Below are positions 30,551 through 41,587 of a DNA stretch of 64,000 nucleotides, one piece after another; positions within the stretch are counted from its first letter, which is position 1; every line of letters begins with the position of its first letter. Under the pieces are notes generated by a model. That model was not told the origin of the DNA, ran no database searches, and saw nothing but the letters and a program-made list of their open reading frames with translations. Position numbers and translations under genes: made by a program. Origin of the DNA: Bacteroidaceae bacterium (GTDB lineage Bacteria > Bacillota > Clostridia > Lachnospirales > Lachnospiraceae); contig CAVAJR010000003.1 in assembly GCA_963589005.1 (NCBI GenBank), forward strand, positions 21,379-85,378, given 5' to 3'.

Positions 30551-31763
30551 AAATGTATATTCAGTTCAGCAGATCAATTCATATATCAAAAGATTATTTG
30601 AAGAGGATTTTATACTGAAAAATGTATATGTTAAGGGTGAAATCTCCAATTGCAAATATCATTATTCAGGACATATATATTTCTCGCTGAAGGATGCCTC
30701 CGGCACAATCGCAGGGGTTATGTTTGCATCTAATGCATCAAGCCTTAAATTCCGTCTGGAGGACGGAATGCAGGTAGTTGTATATGGCAATGTATCCGTA
30801 TATGAAAGAGATGGCAGATATCAATTATATGCCAGAAGAATTGAAAACGAGGGTCTGGGTGAGTTATACAAAAAGTACGAAGAACTAAGAATAAGACTGG
30901 AAGAGTCAGGGATGTTCGATCCTTGCTATAAGAAGGCAATTCCGAAATATTCAATGAAGATAGGCGTTGTTACAGCACAAACAGGGGCTGTTATACGAGA
31001 TATTTACAATGTTGCTTCCAGACGAAATCCATATTGCCAGATATATCTGTATCCGGCGCAGGTTCAGGGAATCGGGGCGTCTCAGACAATATGCGAGGGC
31101 ATAAGAGTTTTAGACGAAATGAACCTGGATGCTATTATAGTCGGACGCGGCGGCGGATCTATTGAAGATCTGTGGGCGTTTAACGAAGAAAATGTTGCCA
31201 GGGCAATATTTGATGCCAGGACTCCTATAATATCTGCAGTAGGACACGAAACGGATACAACAATTGCCGATTGGGCTGCAGACCTTCGTGCACCTACGCC
31301 ATCTGCGGCAGCCGAGCTGGCGGTTTTTGATTATCAGAGATTTGCAGATGATCTGAACGATTATATATACAGAATGCAATATGCCTTAAGCAATAAAGTA
31401 AGGCACTATGCAGCTAAAGCAGAAAATTATAAGCTTAGGCTGGACAAGCTGTCACCGCAGAATCAGATCATTCAGAAACAGCAATATCTGGCAGATCTTA
31501 CATCCGGTATGGAAGAAGTAATGAAGAACAGATTGTCCTGCAGCCGAGAACAGTTAATAACATTAACTGAGAGGTTGGAGGGTTTATCCCCGCTTAAGAG
31601 ACTGTCAGAAGGATATTCATTTGTAACTGATATGAACGGGCATGCTGTAAGATCAGTAGTTCAGGTTAAAGCAGGCGATAAACTGCAGATTAATGTATCT
31701 GATGGTATTATTAATGCAGAGGCTGATGAAGTTAAGAGCATAAACAGGTGCCGGGATTTCTGA
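30537..31763 (+). CDS. xseA: exodeoxyribonuclease VII large subunit
   Basis: N-terminal OB fold (VYVKGEISNCKYHYSGHIYFSLKD) and GRGGGSIEDLW. Confidence 0.9.
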   Translation: MQTNKNVYSVQQINSYIKRLFEEDFILKNVYVKGEISNCKYHYSGHIYFSLKDASGTIAGVMFASNASSLKFRLEDGMQVVVYGNVSVYERDGRYQLYARRIENEGLGELYKKYEELRIRLEESGMFDPCYKKAIPKYSMKIGVVTAQTGAVIRDIYNVASRRNPYCQIYLYPAQVQGIGASQTICEGIRVLDEMNLDAIIVGRGGGSIEDLWAFNEENVARAIFDARTPIISAVGHETDTTIADWAADLRAPTPSAAAELAVFDYQRFADDLNDYIYRMQYALSNKVRHYAAKAENYKLRLDKLSPQNQIIQKQQYLADLTSGMEEVMKNRLSCSREQLITLTERLEGLSPLKRLSEGYSFVTDMNGHAVRSVVQVKAGDKLQINVSDGIINAEADEVKSINRCRDF

Positions 31764-31903
31764 CGCAGAGGCTATATTTCTTCTGTATTATTGAAAAAGG
31801 CAAGGAATGTGGTGAAGTTAATTTAAAACCGTTATACCGAAATGCTCAAATAGACCGGAGCTCTTCCAAAGCGTATATATATAGTAGAAGCGAGTGTGCA
31901 ACT

Positions 31904-32107
31904 ATGAAAAATGAAAATAAAGAAATTTCAATTGAGCAGTCTTTTGATGAATTGGAGACAATCGTAGATAAAATGCAATCAGAGGAGTTATCCCTTGAGG
32001 AAACATTTGCATTATATAAAAAAGGATTGTCTCTGGTTGAGAGCTGCAACAAGAAGATTGATAAGATTCAATGTGATATTCACAAGATCACTGCAGGTGA
32101 AGAATAA
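31904..32107 (+). CDS. xseB: exodeoxyribonuclease VII small subunit
   Basis: The 67-aa helical protein SIEQSFDELETIVDKMQSEELSLEETFALYKKG is typical XseB. The start is ATG 31904. The ORF is also open upstream to GTG 31748. Confidence 0.8.
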   Translation: MKNENKEISIEQSFDELETIVDKMQSEELSLEETFALYKKGLSLVESCNKKIDKIQCDIHKITAGEE

Positions 32108-33021
32108 TGGACAAGTTGATTCTTAAGAAACATATAGAAGAGATTAATGACATTATATATAAGTTTCTGCCTGATGGAGACGAATATAATGCAGAGCTGG
32201 TGAAGGCTGTGAATTATTCTGTCAAGGCAGGGGGCAAGAGGCTGCGTCCCATGTTTGTCCTGGAAACTTATAAAATGTTCAGCGCAGATAATAATGCCGA
32301 ATCGGAGATACTCCATGCGTTTATGTCAGCGATAGAATTCATACATACATATTCGCTGGTACATGACGACCTTCCGGCAATGGATAATGATGAATACAGA
32401 AGAGGTCAGCTTACAACCCATGCACAGTTCGGTGAGGCCGCAGGAATTCTGGCAGGAGATGCACTTCTTAACTGGGCATACGAGGTGCTGCTTAATGCAA
32501 TAACAAGCTGCAGTGATGGTGAAGAGATGACAGCCGCAGCCAGAGCAGCGCAGGTGCTTGCTTCCAAGGCAGGCATAAAAGGCATGGTAGGCGGGCAGTC
32601 GGTGGATGTATATGCTGACAAGCATTATGAATTCAAAGTGGATGAAAAATGCCTTGAGTACATATATAACAATAAAACTTCTGCGCTTATAGAGGCATCA
32701 TTTATGATGGGTGCTATCCTGGGACGTGCCGATGACGAGGATGTCAGGGCTGTTGAGAAAATGGCAGGATATATCGGCATGGCATTTCAGATCCAGGATG
32801 ACATACTGGATGTTGTGGGCAGTCAGGAGATATTAGGAAAACCTGTCGGAAGTGATGAGAAAAACAACAAACAGACATATGTCAATATATATGGTCTTGA
32901 TGCAGCAAGAAAAGCTGTAAAGGACTATACATCTGAGGCACTTGGAATATTTGACAGCCTCGGAATGAAGAATACATTTTTAAGGGAGTTAATCGTCGAG
33001 CTTATCGACAGAGAGAAATAA
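32107..33021 (+). CDS. ispA: polyprenyl (farnesyl/geranylgeranyl) diphosphate synthase
   Basis: First and second Asp-rich motifs LVHDDLPAMDNDEYRRG and FQIQDDILD. Confidence 0.9.
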   Translation: MDKLILKKHIEEINDIIYKFLPDGDEYNAELVKAVNYSVKAGGKRLRPMFVLETYKMFSADNNAESEILHAFMSAIEFIHTYSLVHDDLPAMDNDEYRRGQLTTHAQFGEAAGILAGDALLNWAYEVLLNAITSCSDGEEMTAAARAAQVLASKAGIKGMVGGQSVDVYADKHYEFKVDEKCLEYIYNNKTSALIEASFMMGAILGRADDEDVRAVEKMAGYIGMAFQIQDDILDVVGSQEILGKPVGSDEKNNKQTYVNIYGLDAARKAVKDYTSEALGIFDSLGMKNTFLRELIVELIDREK

Positions 33022-34898
33022 TGGATTTTCCTATTTTAGATACAATAAACAGACCAGAGGATCTCAAAGATCTGACTGACGAGCAGTTATGCGAGTTAGC
33101 ATATGAAATCCGCAGATTTCTGGTACTTAAGGTTAGTAAGACGGGAGGACATCTTGCATCTAACCTGGGAGTGGTTGAACTGACACTGGCGCTTCTTTTA
33201 TGTACAGAGCTGCCGAAGGATAAAATTGTTTGGGATGTAGGACATCAGTCTTATGTATATAAGATTTTAACGGGACGAAGGGATGACTTCGATCATCTGA
33301 GGGAATACGGAGGCTTAAGCGGCTTTCCCAAGAGAAGAGAATCAGAATATGACGCATTTAATACAGGCCACTCGTCGACATCTATTTCAGCAGCTCTTGG
33401 TATAGCTGAAGCATTTGAAATAGATCATAATGACGCCAGCGTTATAGCTGTGATCGGCGACGGCTCATTAACAGGCGGATTGGCATTCGAAGCACTTAAT
33501 AATGCGTCTAAGATCAAGCGTAATCTTATTATTATCTTGAATGATAATGAGATGTCTATTTCGAAGAATGTAGGTGGATTATCAGCTTATCTGTCAGGAC
33601 TTAGGGCAGGCAAGAGATACAACAATTTGAAATTAAGAGTTGTAGATGTGCTGGAGAAAATCCCCAGATTCGGAGACAGGGCTATTAAGCATATTAAGAA
33701 GACTAAGAGCAGTCTAAAGCAGCTGATAGTTCCGGGAATTATATTCGAGGACATGGGTCTTACTTATCTGGGGCCATTTGACGGACATGATATCAGCAGC
33801 CTGAGAAATATAATTACTGAGGCTAAACAGATAGATCATCCTGTTGTTATCCATGTGAAAACAGTCAAGGGCAAGGGATATCTTCCGGCAGAGCAGCATC
33901 CTGACAAATTCCATGGAATATCGCCCTTCGATCCTGCAACCGGAGAACTTGTAAATAAATCCTCAGGGAAAACATATACAAATTATTTTTCGGATGCAAT
34001 TGTACACCTGGCTCAAAAGGATCCGAAGATAATTGCTATTACAGCAGCGATGCCTGACGGAACAGGATTAAGCAAATTTAAAGAATATTTTCCTAAGAGA
34101 TTCTTCGATGTAGGTATAGCTGAAGAACATGCCGTAACATTTGCCGCAGGAATGGCATCAGTGGGATACAAGCCATTTGTAGCTATATATTCCTCATTCC
34201 TGCAGAGGGCATTTGATCAGGTAATGCATGATGTCTGTCTTCAGAATCTCCCGGTTACCTTCTGCATAGACAGAGCGGGGCTGGTAGGTCAGGACGGCGA
34301 GACGCATCAGGGAATATTCGATATCTCATACTTAAGTACCATTCCTAATATGAATATCATTGCGCCTAAGAATGGACAGGAATTAATAGATGCAGTTAAT
34401 TTTGCGGCCGGATTCAATGCTCCCCTGGCCATCAGATATCCAAGGGGCGCAGCTAAGGAAGTCCTCGAAGAGTTCAGGGAGCCTATTATATTCGGACGCA
34501 GTGAGGGCATATATCTGGAAAAGGATATAGCGATCATATCTGTAGGAAGCATGATGACCACAGCATTGGAAGTAAGATCAAGGCTTAAGGGCAAAGGCCT
34601 TAATGTTACCCTTATAAATGCAAGGTTTGTTAAACCTATTGACGAGGATCTTATAAATGATCTGCTCGCCGACCATAAGGTAATAATTACGCTTGAGGAA
34701 AATGTGATCATCGGCGGATACGGAATGGCAGTGCTTCGTCATGTAAACAGCATAAATGCGAATATTAAAGTAATAAATATAGCCATTCCGAATATGTATG
34801 TGGAGCAGGGCAGCCCTGATATTCAATATAAGGAATGCAGAATAGATGCAGATTCTATCTGCAGACGTCTTGAAAAGGAATTAAAGCAATTACAATGA
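33021..34898 (+). CDS. dxs: 1-deoxy-D-xylulose-5-phosphate synthase
   Basis: GHSSTSISAALG and the TPP motif GDGSLTGGLAFEALNN. 625 aa. Confidence 0.95.
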   Translation: MDFPILDTINRPEDLKDLTDEQLCELAYEIRRFLVLKVSKTGGHLASNLGVVELTLALLLCTELPKDKIVWDVGHQSYVYKILTGRRDDFDHLREYGGLSGFPKRRESEYDAFNTGHSSTSISAALGIAEAFEIDHNDASVIAVIGDGSLTGGLAFEALNNASKIKRNLIIILNDNEMSISKNVGGLSAYLSGLRAGKRYNNLKLRVVDVLEKIPRFGDRAIKHIKKTKSSLKQLIVPGIIFEDMGLTYLGPFDGHDISSLRNIITEAKQIDHPVVIHVKTVKGKGYLPAEQHPDKFHGISPFDPATGELVNKSSGKTYTNYFSDAIVHLAQKDPKIIAITAAMPDGTGLSKFKEYFPKRFFDVGIAEEHAVTFAAGMASVGYKPFVAIYSSFLQRAFDQVMHDVCLQNLPVTFCIDRAGLVGQDGETHQGIFDISYLSTIPNMNIIAPKNGQELIDAVNFAAGFNAPLAIRYPRGAAKEVLEEFREPIIFGRSEGIYLEKDIAIISVGSMMTTALEVRSRLKGKGLNVTLINARFVKPIDEDLINDLLADHKVIITLEENVIIGGYGMAVLRHVNSINANIKVINIAIPNMYVEQGSPDIQYKECRIDADSICRRLEKELKQLQ

Positions 34899-35695
34899 AA
34901 AAAAGACTGGATGTGCTTCTTACTGAATTAAATCCTGAACTTACAAGAACTAAGGCTCAGACTATAATAATGAGCGGCATAGTATATGTTAACAATCAGA
35001 AGGAAACCAAGGCTGGATCCATGTTCCCGGAGGATGCCTTGATCGAGGTAAGAGGCGAGACACTTAAGTACGTAAGCAGAGGAGGATTAAAACTGGAGAA
35101 AGCGATGGAATGTTTTCCGGTAAGTCCTTCCGGCAGGATATGCATGGACATAGGCTCATCTACAGGAGGATTTACAGACTGCATGCTGCAAAATGGTGCA
35201 GTTAAGGTATATTCCGTAGACGTTGGCAAGGGTCTGCTTCATTACAAGCTCAGAAATGATCCGAGGGTAGTTGTAATGGAGAAGACAAATATCCGTTATC
35301 TAAAGCCCGAGGAGGTTCCGGAGAAGATAAATTTCGCCAGCGTAGATGTATCATTTATTTCACTTACACTTATCCTTCCGGCCGCTCTTGAGCTTCTTGA
35401 TGAGCATAAGGAAATGGTAATGCTGATTAAGCCGCAGTTTGAAGCAGGAAGAGAGAAGGTCGGCAAAAAGGGCGTAGTGAGAGACCCGGCAGTTCATGAA
35501 GAGGTTATTGAAAAAATATATGATTTCGCAGACAGCCAGGGACTTAAGATCATGGGATTGGATTTTTCACCGGTGAAGGGACCTGAGGGCAACATAGAAT
35601 ATCTCATTTATGTTAACGCCGATGGCGGCACATCTATATCGAAGGATATTATCCCTGAGGTCGTTAAGGCGGCACATGATAAATTAGACAAATAA
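34895..35695 (+). CDS. tlyA: TlyA-family rRNA (cytidine-2'-O)-methyltransferase
   Basis: S4 domain (RLDVLLTE), VSRGGLKLEKA, SAM motif DIGSSTGGFTDC. Confidence 0.85.
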   Translation: MKKRLDVLLTELNPELTRTKAQTIIMSGIVYVNNQKETKAGSMFPEDALIEVRGETLKYVSRGGLKLEKAMECFPVSPSGRICMDIGSSTGGFTDCMLQNGAVKVYSVDVGKGLLHYKLRNDPRVVVMEKTNIRYLKPEEVPEKINFASVDVSFISLTLILPAALELLDEHKEMVMLIKPQFEAGREKVGKKGVVRDPAVHEEVIEKIYDFADSQGLKIMGLDFSPVKGPEGNIEYLIYVNADGGTSISKDIIPEVVKAAHDKLDK

Positions 35696-35696
35696 T

Positions 35697-36554
35697 ATGA
35701 AAAGATTTGTACTTATTACCAATATAACAAAGGATCCGACGGGCAAACTTACCGACCAGGCCAGGCAGATCATTGAATCAAATGGCGGAATCTGCGAAGC
35801 ATGTCTTTTTAACGGCAAGAACAGCAAGAATGCGTATAGCCGCATAAATCCTAAATTAGTACCAAGGGATACAGACCTGGTGATCTCACTGGGCGGCGAT
35901 GGCTCACTCCTGCATACAGCTAAGGACCTGATTGACCTTAATATTCCTATAATGGGCATTAATCTGGGAACATTGGGATATCTTACTGAGATGGATCTTA
36001 CGGGCTTTCGCGAGGAATTTAAGAATATCATGGGCGGTGCCTGCCATATAGAAGAACGCATGCTGCTTAAAGGCTCAATTATAAGAGATGAGAAGATCAT
36101 AAAAGAAGACATAGCCATAAATGATATAGTTCTTAACAGGTTAGGAACCATGAGTATTATAAAATTCGATGTCATGGTCAATAACAGATTTCTTAATTCT
36201 TACAATGCTGACGGATATATCGTATGTTCGCCTACAGGATCAACAGGATACAACCTGTCGGCAGGGGGTCCTGTAGCACATCCTGTTTCAGAAGTTATTA
36301 TTACAACACCTATCTGCGAGCATACGCTTAATTCCAGAAGCGTTGTATTTTCGGCAGACGCACAGATAGATATCATAGTAAGGCAGAAGGAAGATGAAGA
36401 GAAGCAGATCAAGGCAATATCATTTGACGGAGGTAATGCGATCGCATTGAAGAACGGCGATATAGTACGCATTACTGCAGCTGATAAGAAAATGCTGAAT
36501 CTGCGATTGGATAAATTAAGCTTTGTTGAACATCTGGGTAAGAAAATGAGATAA
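35697..36554 (+). CDS. nadK: NAD kinase
   Basis: GGDGSLL motif and ADGYIVCSPTGSTGYNLSAGGP. Confidence 0.9.
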   Translation: MKRFVLITNITKDPTGKLTDQARQIIESNGGICEACLFNGKNSKNAYSRINPKLVPRDTDLVISLGGDGSLLHTAKDLIDLNIPIMGINLGTLGYLTEMDLTGFREEFKNIMGGACHIEERMLLKGSIIRDEKIIKEDIAINDIVLNRLGTMSIIKFDVMVNNRFLNSYNADGYIVCSPTGSTGYNLSAGGPVAHPVSEVIITTPICEHTLNSRSVVFSADAQIDIIVRQKEDEEKQIKAISFDGGNAIALKNGDIVRITAADKKMLNLRLDKLSFVEHLGKKMR

Positions 36555-36570
36555 ATGAGAGGAAAGTGAT

Positions 36571-38103
36571 ATGAAAAAACCAGTTGTATTAATGATATTA
36601 GACGGTTATGGACTGGGTCCTGTTTATGAAGGCAATGCTATCGCTAAGGCACATACTCCTGTCATGGACAGATTGATGAAGGAATATCCATTTGTTAAGG
36701 GACAAGCCTCAGGATTGGCGGTAGGACTGCCAGAAGGTCAGATGGGCAATTCTGAAGTCGGACATCTTAATATGGGTGCCGGAAGGATCGTATATCAGGA
36801 TCTTACAAGAATTACCAAGTCAATTGAAGACGGTGATTTTTTCGAAAAGCCTGAGCTCCTGGAAGCAATTAAGAATTGCAAGGATAACGGAACTGACCTT
36901 CATATATATGGTCTTATGTCAGATGGCGGGGTGCACAGCGATATACGACATCTGTATGCACTTCTTAAAATGTGCAAGATGAATGGTCTGGACAGAGTTT
37001 ATGTTCATTGCTTTATGGACGGCCGAGACACATCACCTACATCCGGAGTCGGATATATTAAGAACTTGATGAAGGTTATGTCAGAGCAAACAGGTCAGAT
37101 CGCAACAATTACAGGCAGATATTATGCGATGGACAGGGATAATCGCTGGGAGCGTGTAGAACGGGCGTATAATGCTCTTGTCAATGGTGTTGGCAATTGT
37201 GAAACAGATCCGGTTGAGGCTATTGAGAAATCATATGCTGCAGGCATAAATGATGAATTTATCGAGCCAATCGTTATAACTAGGGATGGCCAACCTACAG
37301 CAACTATTAAGGATGGAGATTCAATTATATTTATCAATTTCAGACCTGACAGAGCCAGAGAGATCACAAGAACCTTCTGTATGGACGAGTTTGACGGATT
37401 TGCCAGAGGGGACAGGATCAAAACCTTCTATGTCTGCTTCACGGAATACGATGTTACCATTCCTAATAAGCATATTGTATTTAAAGAAGAAGAGATTGAA
37501 AATACTCTGGGCGAATACCTGGCCAAATGTGGTCTTAAGCAGGCCAGAATAGCCGAAACAGAGAAGTATGCCCACGTTACATTCTTCTTCAATGGAGGTG
37601 TTGAGAAGCCAAATGAAGGTGAGGATCGTTTCCTTGTGGCATCACCTAAGGTGGCAACATATGACCTGCAGCCTGAGATGAGCGCTCAGTCGGTTTGCGA
37701 TATATTAGTTGATAAGATCAAATGCGGCGAATATGATGTCATCATTATCAACTTCGCCAACCCTGATATGGTAGGACATACCGGAATAGAAGCGGCTGTG
37801 ATCAAGGCAATTGAAACGGTTGATTCAATGGTAGAGAGGGCCGTAGAAGCTGTTAAGGAAGTGGACGGAGTCATATTCTTATGCGCCGACCATGGAAATG
37901 CTGAGGAACTCATTGATTATAAGACAGGCGAGCCATGGACAGCGCATACAACTAATCCTGTTCCCTTTATTCTTATCAATGGCCCTAAAGGCTGGAAATT
38001 AAGAGAGGGCGGAAGACTATGCGACATTGCTCCGACCTTGCTTGAACTTCTGGGATTGAAGCAGCCTAAGGAGATGACAGGTGAGAGTCTGATCGTGAAG
38101 TGA
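36571..38103 (+). CDS. gpmI: 2,3-bisphosphoglycerate-independent phosphoglycerate mutase
   Basis: MGNSEVGHLNMGAGR, NFANPDMVGHTG, ADHGNAE. 510 aa. Confidence 0.95.
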   Translation: MKKPVVLMILDGYGLGPVYEGNAIAKAHTPVMDRLMKEYPFVKGQASGLAVGLPEGQMGNSEVGHLNMGAGRIVYQDLTRITKSIEDGDFFEKPELLEAIKNCKDNGTDLHIYGLMSDGGVHSDIRHLYALLKMCKMNGLDRVYVHCFMDGRDTSPTSGVGYIKNLMKVMSEQTGQIATITGRYYAMDRDNRWERVERAYNALVNGVGNCETDPVEAIEKSYAAGINDEFIEPIVITRDGQPTATIKDGDSIIFINFRPDRAREITRTFCMDEFDGFARGDRIKTFYVCFTEYDVTIPNKHIVFKEEEIENTLGEYLAKCGLKQARIAETEKYAHVTFFFNGGVEKPNEGEDRFLVASPKVATYDLQPEMSAQSVCDILVDKIKCGEYDVIIINFANPDMVGHTGIEAAVIKAIETVDSMVERAVEAVKEVDGVIFLCADHGNAEELIDYKTGEPWTAHTTNPVPFILINGPKGWKLREGGRLCDIAPTLLELLGLKQPKEMTGESLIVK

Positions 38104-38270
38104 ATATAAAAGTTATTTCGGTAAATTGACGGGTCACTTAACCGGATGAATTTTAAAATAAGTCTCAGAAATGAAAGTGTTTCACGCCTGCTTTTGGCAA
38201 CTAATCCGGTTTTGAAAGTTACGAAATCATTAAATTTAAGCAGAAATTGACGCAAAATAAAAAATGCTTA

Positions 38271-38299
38271 TTGCCTATAGACGGTGGTTGTGATATAAA
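38271..38299 (+). promoter_or_regulatory. extended -10 promoter for secG
   Basis: TTGCCT (38271-38276), a 17-nt spacer ending in TGA, then TATAAA (38294-38299). Confidence 0.45.
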
Positions 38300-38333
38300 T
38301 ATTCTGTTGATTTCTGTTTGGGAGGTAATAGTT

Positions 38334-38576
38334 TTGTTTTATACAATAGCAACGATCATAATTTCGATCATAAGCGTTATTTTAATAGTAGCAATAGTTC
38401 TGCAGCAGGGCAAGAGCGCCGGACTGTCAAGCTCACTTGCAGGTTCATCAGAAACATTCTGGGTCAAGAGCAAGTCAAAAACAAAAGAGGGTAAGCTTGA
38501 GAAGATTACTACAGTGGCAGGAATAATATTCTTTATATTAGCAATCCTCCTGAATGTAGGAATGTTCACAAAATAA
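38334..38576 (+). CDS. secG: preprotein translocase subunit SecG
   Basis: 80 aa with two TM segments and LQQGKSAGLSSSLAG. TTG 38334 is 8 nt after GGGAGG (38320-38325). The ORF-track start at 38247 is an upstream extension. Confidence 0.8.
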   Translation: MFYTIATIIISIISVILIVAIVLQQGKSAGLSSSLAGSSETFWVKSKSKTKEGKLEKITTVAGIIFFILAILLNVGMFTK

Positions 38577-38586
38577 TGTATTTTGA

Positions 38587-38616
38587 AAGCACTCTCAGCA
38601 GAGAGTGCTTAATTTA
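38587..38616 (+). terminator. hairpin after secG
   Basis: AAGCACTCTC (38587-38596), loop AGCA, GAGAGTGCTT (38601-38610), followed by AATTTA. Confidence 0.55.
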
Positions 38617-38739
38617 TGTAACAGGAACACAGTCCTGCTGCATAAGTTAAGCATACTGGAAAGATACAGTAAATGTCAGACAATTGTCGAATTTCTTTTA
38701 GTACTCATAGATACAGGCTGTTAGATTATTAGGAAAAGT

Positions 38740-39210
38740 ATGGGAAAAGATTATTCAAAACTTATAGCGAATAATAAAAAGGCATACCACGATTATTTCG
38801 TAGAGGAAACATATGAGGCTGGTCTGGCTCTTGCAGGTACAGAAGTTAAGTCATTACGTATGGGCAAATGCAGCATCAAGGAATCCTTCATACGAATTAA
38901 GGATGGCGAGGCCATCATTTATGGTATGAATATTTCCCCATATGAAAAGGGCAACATTTTTAACAGAGATCCGCTGCGTACACGTAAGCTCTTACTTCAT
39001 AAGAATGAGATACGCAAGCTGAATCAGAAGGTAATGGAGCAAGGCATGGCCATAGTTCCGTTGCAAGTATACTTCAAAGGTAACCTGTGCAAGCTTCAAT
39101 TCGGTTTATGCAAAGGTAAGAAATTGTATGATAAGCGGGCTGATATAGCTAAAAAAGATCAGCGGCGTGAGGCAGAGAGGGATTACAAGGTTCGTAATCT
39201 GAAGGGCTGA
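38740..39210 (+). CDS. smpB: SsrA-binding protein
   Basis: NKKAYHDYF...GTEVKSLR...LLLHK, 156 aa, directly upstream of the tmRNA. Confidence 0.95.
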   Translation: MGKDYSKLIANNKKAYHDYFVEETYEAGLALAGTEVKSLRMGKCSIKESFIRIKDGEAIIYGMNISPYEKGNIFNRDPLRTRKLLLHKNEIRKLNQKVMEQGMAIVPLQVYFKGNLCKLQFGLCKGKKLYDKRADIAKKDQRREAERDYKVRNLKG

Positions 39211-39288
39211 GAGATTCGCTGATTTTATAAAAAGAAGGATGTCTGTCATACAGCTAAGTGATGTAAGACAGCTTTCAGGAACATATGC

Positions 39289-39636
39289 GGGGCTGTAAAG
39301 GTTTCGACGGGGTTTCAGAAGTAGGATAAGCCACTGGTAGCGGGTAACTACCTTAAAAGATCCAAATTAAATTTAAACGCTAACAATAATAAATTAGCTT
39401 TAGCTGCCTAAGTGCAGCTCGTCGGCCCGGTATCGTCCGTTGTATTGGTTCACCGGCGTCATCCAGACGGAAAACTCTTATGCTTAAGCTTTGCAGCATA
39501 AGAAAACTCATGAAGCTACCTTGCATGAAAGTCTGTCGTTGGGGATTTATGTAAGGGAATAAAATTTCAGCGACTGTAGTGGAAGAAAGTCTTATGGACG
39601 GGATTTCGGACAGGGGTTCGATTCCCCTCAGCTCCA
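39289..39636 (+). ncRNA. ssrA: transfer-messenger RNA (tmRNA)
   Basis: 5' GGGGCTG pairs with 3' CAGCTCC plus A. T-arm GGTTCGATTCCCC. The tag frame GCT AAC AAT AAT AAA TTA GCT TTA GCT GCC TAA (39379-39411) encodes ANNNKLALAA. CCA is not encoded. Confidence 0.9.
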
Positions 39637-39641
39637 TCATA

Positions 39642-39680
39642 AGTCCACCGTAATTTTGATAGAATTACGGTGGACTTTTC
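39642..39680 (+). terminator. terminator of ssrA
   Basis: Perfect 14-bp stem AGTCCACCGTAATT / AATTACGGTGGACT followed by TTTTC. Confidence 0.85.
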
Positions 39681-39757
39681 TATTTCTGGCTTGTTTCGTT
39701 CCAGTTTAGAAATGAATAGTATATTATTGCAATTATTGAAAGGAGTCGGATAAAAAT

Positions 39758-41587
39758 ATGAAAGAAGTTAAGTCACCGAAAAAACCCCTAATTTATTATT
39801 ACGGTATTGTTTTAATGGTTATTCTGGTTTTCAACATGGTCATCTCTCCGTTACTTGAAAATTCCAGAGTAGAAGAGGTTGATTATGGAACCTTTATGCA
39901 GATGATAGAGGATAAGAATATCGGTAGCGTAGAGGTTGATGATTCCGAGATCGTGTTCACCGACAAGGACAATACCCAAATCTATAAGACTGGCGAAATG
40001 AACGACCCAACGTTGACCGAGCGACTGTATGCATCAGGAGCTAAATTTACTCGAAATATTGAAGAAAGCATGTCGCCGATACTTAGCTTTTTTCTGACAT
40101 TTATTTTGCCAATCTTGATCTTTGCCGCTCTCGGACAGTATATGGCAAAAAAAATGATATCCCAGGCGGGCGGTCCAAATGCGCTGACGTTCGGTATGGG
40201 AAAAAGCAATGCCAAAATCTATGTTCCGTCTACGGACGGCATCCGTTTTGATGATGTCGCCGGTGAGGATGAAGCAAAAGAGAACCTCGCTGAGATTGTA
40301 GATTATCTTCATAATCCCAAGAAGTATTCTGATGTAGGTGCATCCATGCCCAAGGGCGTATTGCTTGTAGGACCTCCGGGTACCGGCAAAACGATGCTGG
40401 CCAAGGCTGTTGCCGGTGAAGCCGGTGTGCCGTTTTTCTCCATGTCCGGTTCGGAATTTGTCGAGATGTTTGTTGGTATGGGTGCATCGAAAGTACGTGA
40501 CCTCTTCAAGCAGGCCAAGGAAAAAGCTCCATGTATCGTCTTCATTGATGAGATTGACGCCATTGGCAAAAAGCGTGACGGTCAGGTCGGCGGAAATGAT
40601 GAACGTGAGCAGACACTTAATCAGCTTCTGACTGAGATGGACGGCTTTGAAGGCAACAATGGTGTTATTATTCTGGCAGCAACAAACCGCCCGGAATCCC
40701 TTGATCCTGCGCTGACTCGTCCCGGCCGTTTTGACCGCCGTGTTCCTGTAGAACTGCCTGACCTTGCAGGTCGTGAAGCCATACTCAAAGTTCACGCAAA
40801 GAAGATCAAAACAGCGGAGAATGTGGATTTTCATACTATAGCTCGTATGGCATCCGGCACTTCCGGCGCAGAGCTTGCCAATATCATCAATGAGGCGGCC
40901 CTTCGTGCCGTACGCAGCGGACGTACGGTTGTAGAACAGGCAGATCTGGAGGAAAGCATTGAGGTTGTCATCGCCGGCTATCAGAAGAAAAATGCCATTA
41001 TGACCGACGAAGAAAAGAAGATCGTTGCCTACCACGAGATCGGTCATGCACTGGTCGCTGCTTTACAGACTGCCTCTGCTCCGGTACAGAAGATTACCAT
41101 TATTCCAAGAACTTCAGGCGCACTTGGCTACACCATGCAGGTTGAACAAAATGATAAGGTTCTGATGACGAAGGAAGAATTGGAAAATAAGATTGCTACA
41201 TTAACTGGCGGACGTGCGGCAGAAGAAACTGTCTTCGGACAGATCACTACCGGCGCATCCAATGACATTGAGCAGGCGACAAAACTCGCCCGTGCGATGA
41301 TCACCCGATATGGCATGACAGATGAATTCGATATGGTTGCGATGGAAACGGTAAGTAACCAGTATCTTGGCGGAGATACCTCGCTTGCCTGCTCAGCGGA
41401 CACACAGAAGGAGATTGACCAGAAGGTAGTGGAGACTGTTAAAAAGCAACATGAAAAAGCTCGACGCCTGCTTGCAGACAATCGCAAGAAATTAGATGAA
41501 CTTGCAAACTATCTCTACGATAAAGAGACTATTACTGGCAGCGAATTTATGAATATTCTGAATAGAAAGGATGGGAATGCGGTATGA
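39758..41587 (+). CDS. ftsH: ATP-dependent zinc metalloprotease FtsH (probably a paralogue)
   Basis: Two N-terminal TM segments, Walker A GPPGTGKT, Walker [12 protein letters not shown] region, Zn motif HEIGHA. Composition and Arg codon choice differ from the flanking genes. Confidence 0.9.
   Translation: MKEVKSPKKPLIYYYGIVLMVILVFNMVISPLLENSRVEEVDYGTFMQMIEDKNIGSVEVDDSEIVFTDKDNTQIYKTGEMNDPTLTERLYASGAKFTRNIEESMSPILSFFLTFILPILIFAALGQYMAKKMISQAGGPNALTFGMGKSNAKIYVPSTDGIRFDDVAGEDEAKENLAEIVDYLHNPKKYSDVGASMPKGVLLVGPPGTGKTMLAKAVAGEAGVPFFSMSGSEFVEMFVGMGASKVRDLFKQAKEKAPCIVFIDEIDAIGKKRDGQVGGNDEREQTLNQLLTEMDGFEGNNGVIILAATNRPESLDPALTRPGRFDRRVPVELPDLAGREAILKVHAKKIKTAENVDFHTIARMASGTSGAELANIINEAALRAVRSGRTVVEQADLEESIEVVIAGYQKKNAIMTDEEKKIVAYHEIGHALVAALQTASAPVQKITIIPRTSGALGYTMQVEQNDKVLMTKEELENKIATLTGGRAAEETVFGQITTGASNDIEQATKLARAMITRYGMTDEFDMVAMETVSNQYLGGDTSLACSADTQKEIDQKVVETVKKQHEKARRLLADNRKKLDELANYLYDKETITGSEFMNILNRKDGNAV

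Noticed and set aside
31748-31903. N-terminally extended XseB (119 aa) starting at GTG 31748, overlapping the xseA stop
   Set aside because: The extension (MPGFLTQRLYFFCIIEKGKECGEV...) has no similarity to XseB, which is normally 60-80 aa, and GTG 31748 has no RBS. I kept ATG 31904. The 140-nt xseA-xseB gap is unusually long and its function is unknown.
39380-39640. 86-aa minus-strand ORF
   Set aside because: It lies antisense within the tmRNA gene.
40034-41047. 337-aa minus-strand ORF inside ftsH (plus smaller ones at 40230..40487 and 40309..40569)
   Set aside because: It is antisense to a complete, motif-rich FtsH gene. Long antisense ORFs are expected in GC3-rich coding sequence. I used it only as supporting evidence for the distinct composition.
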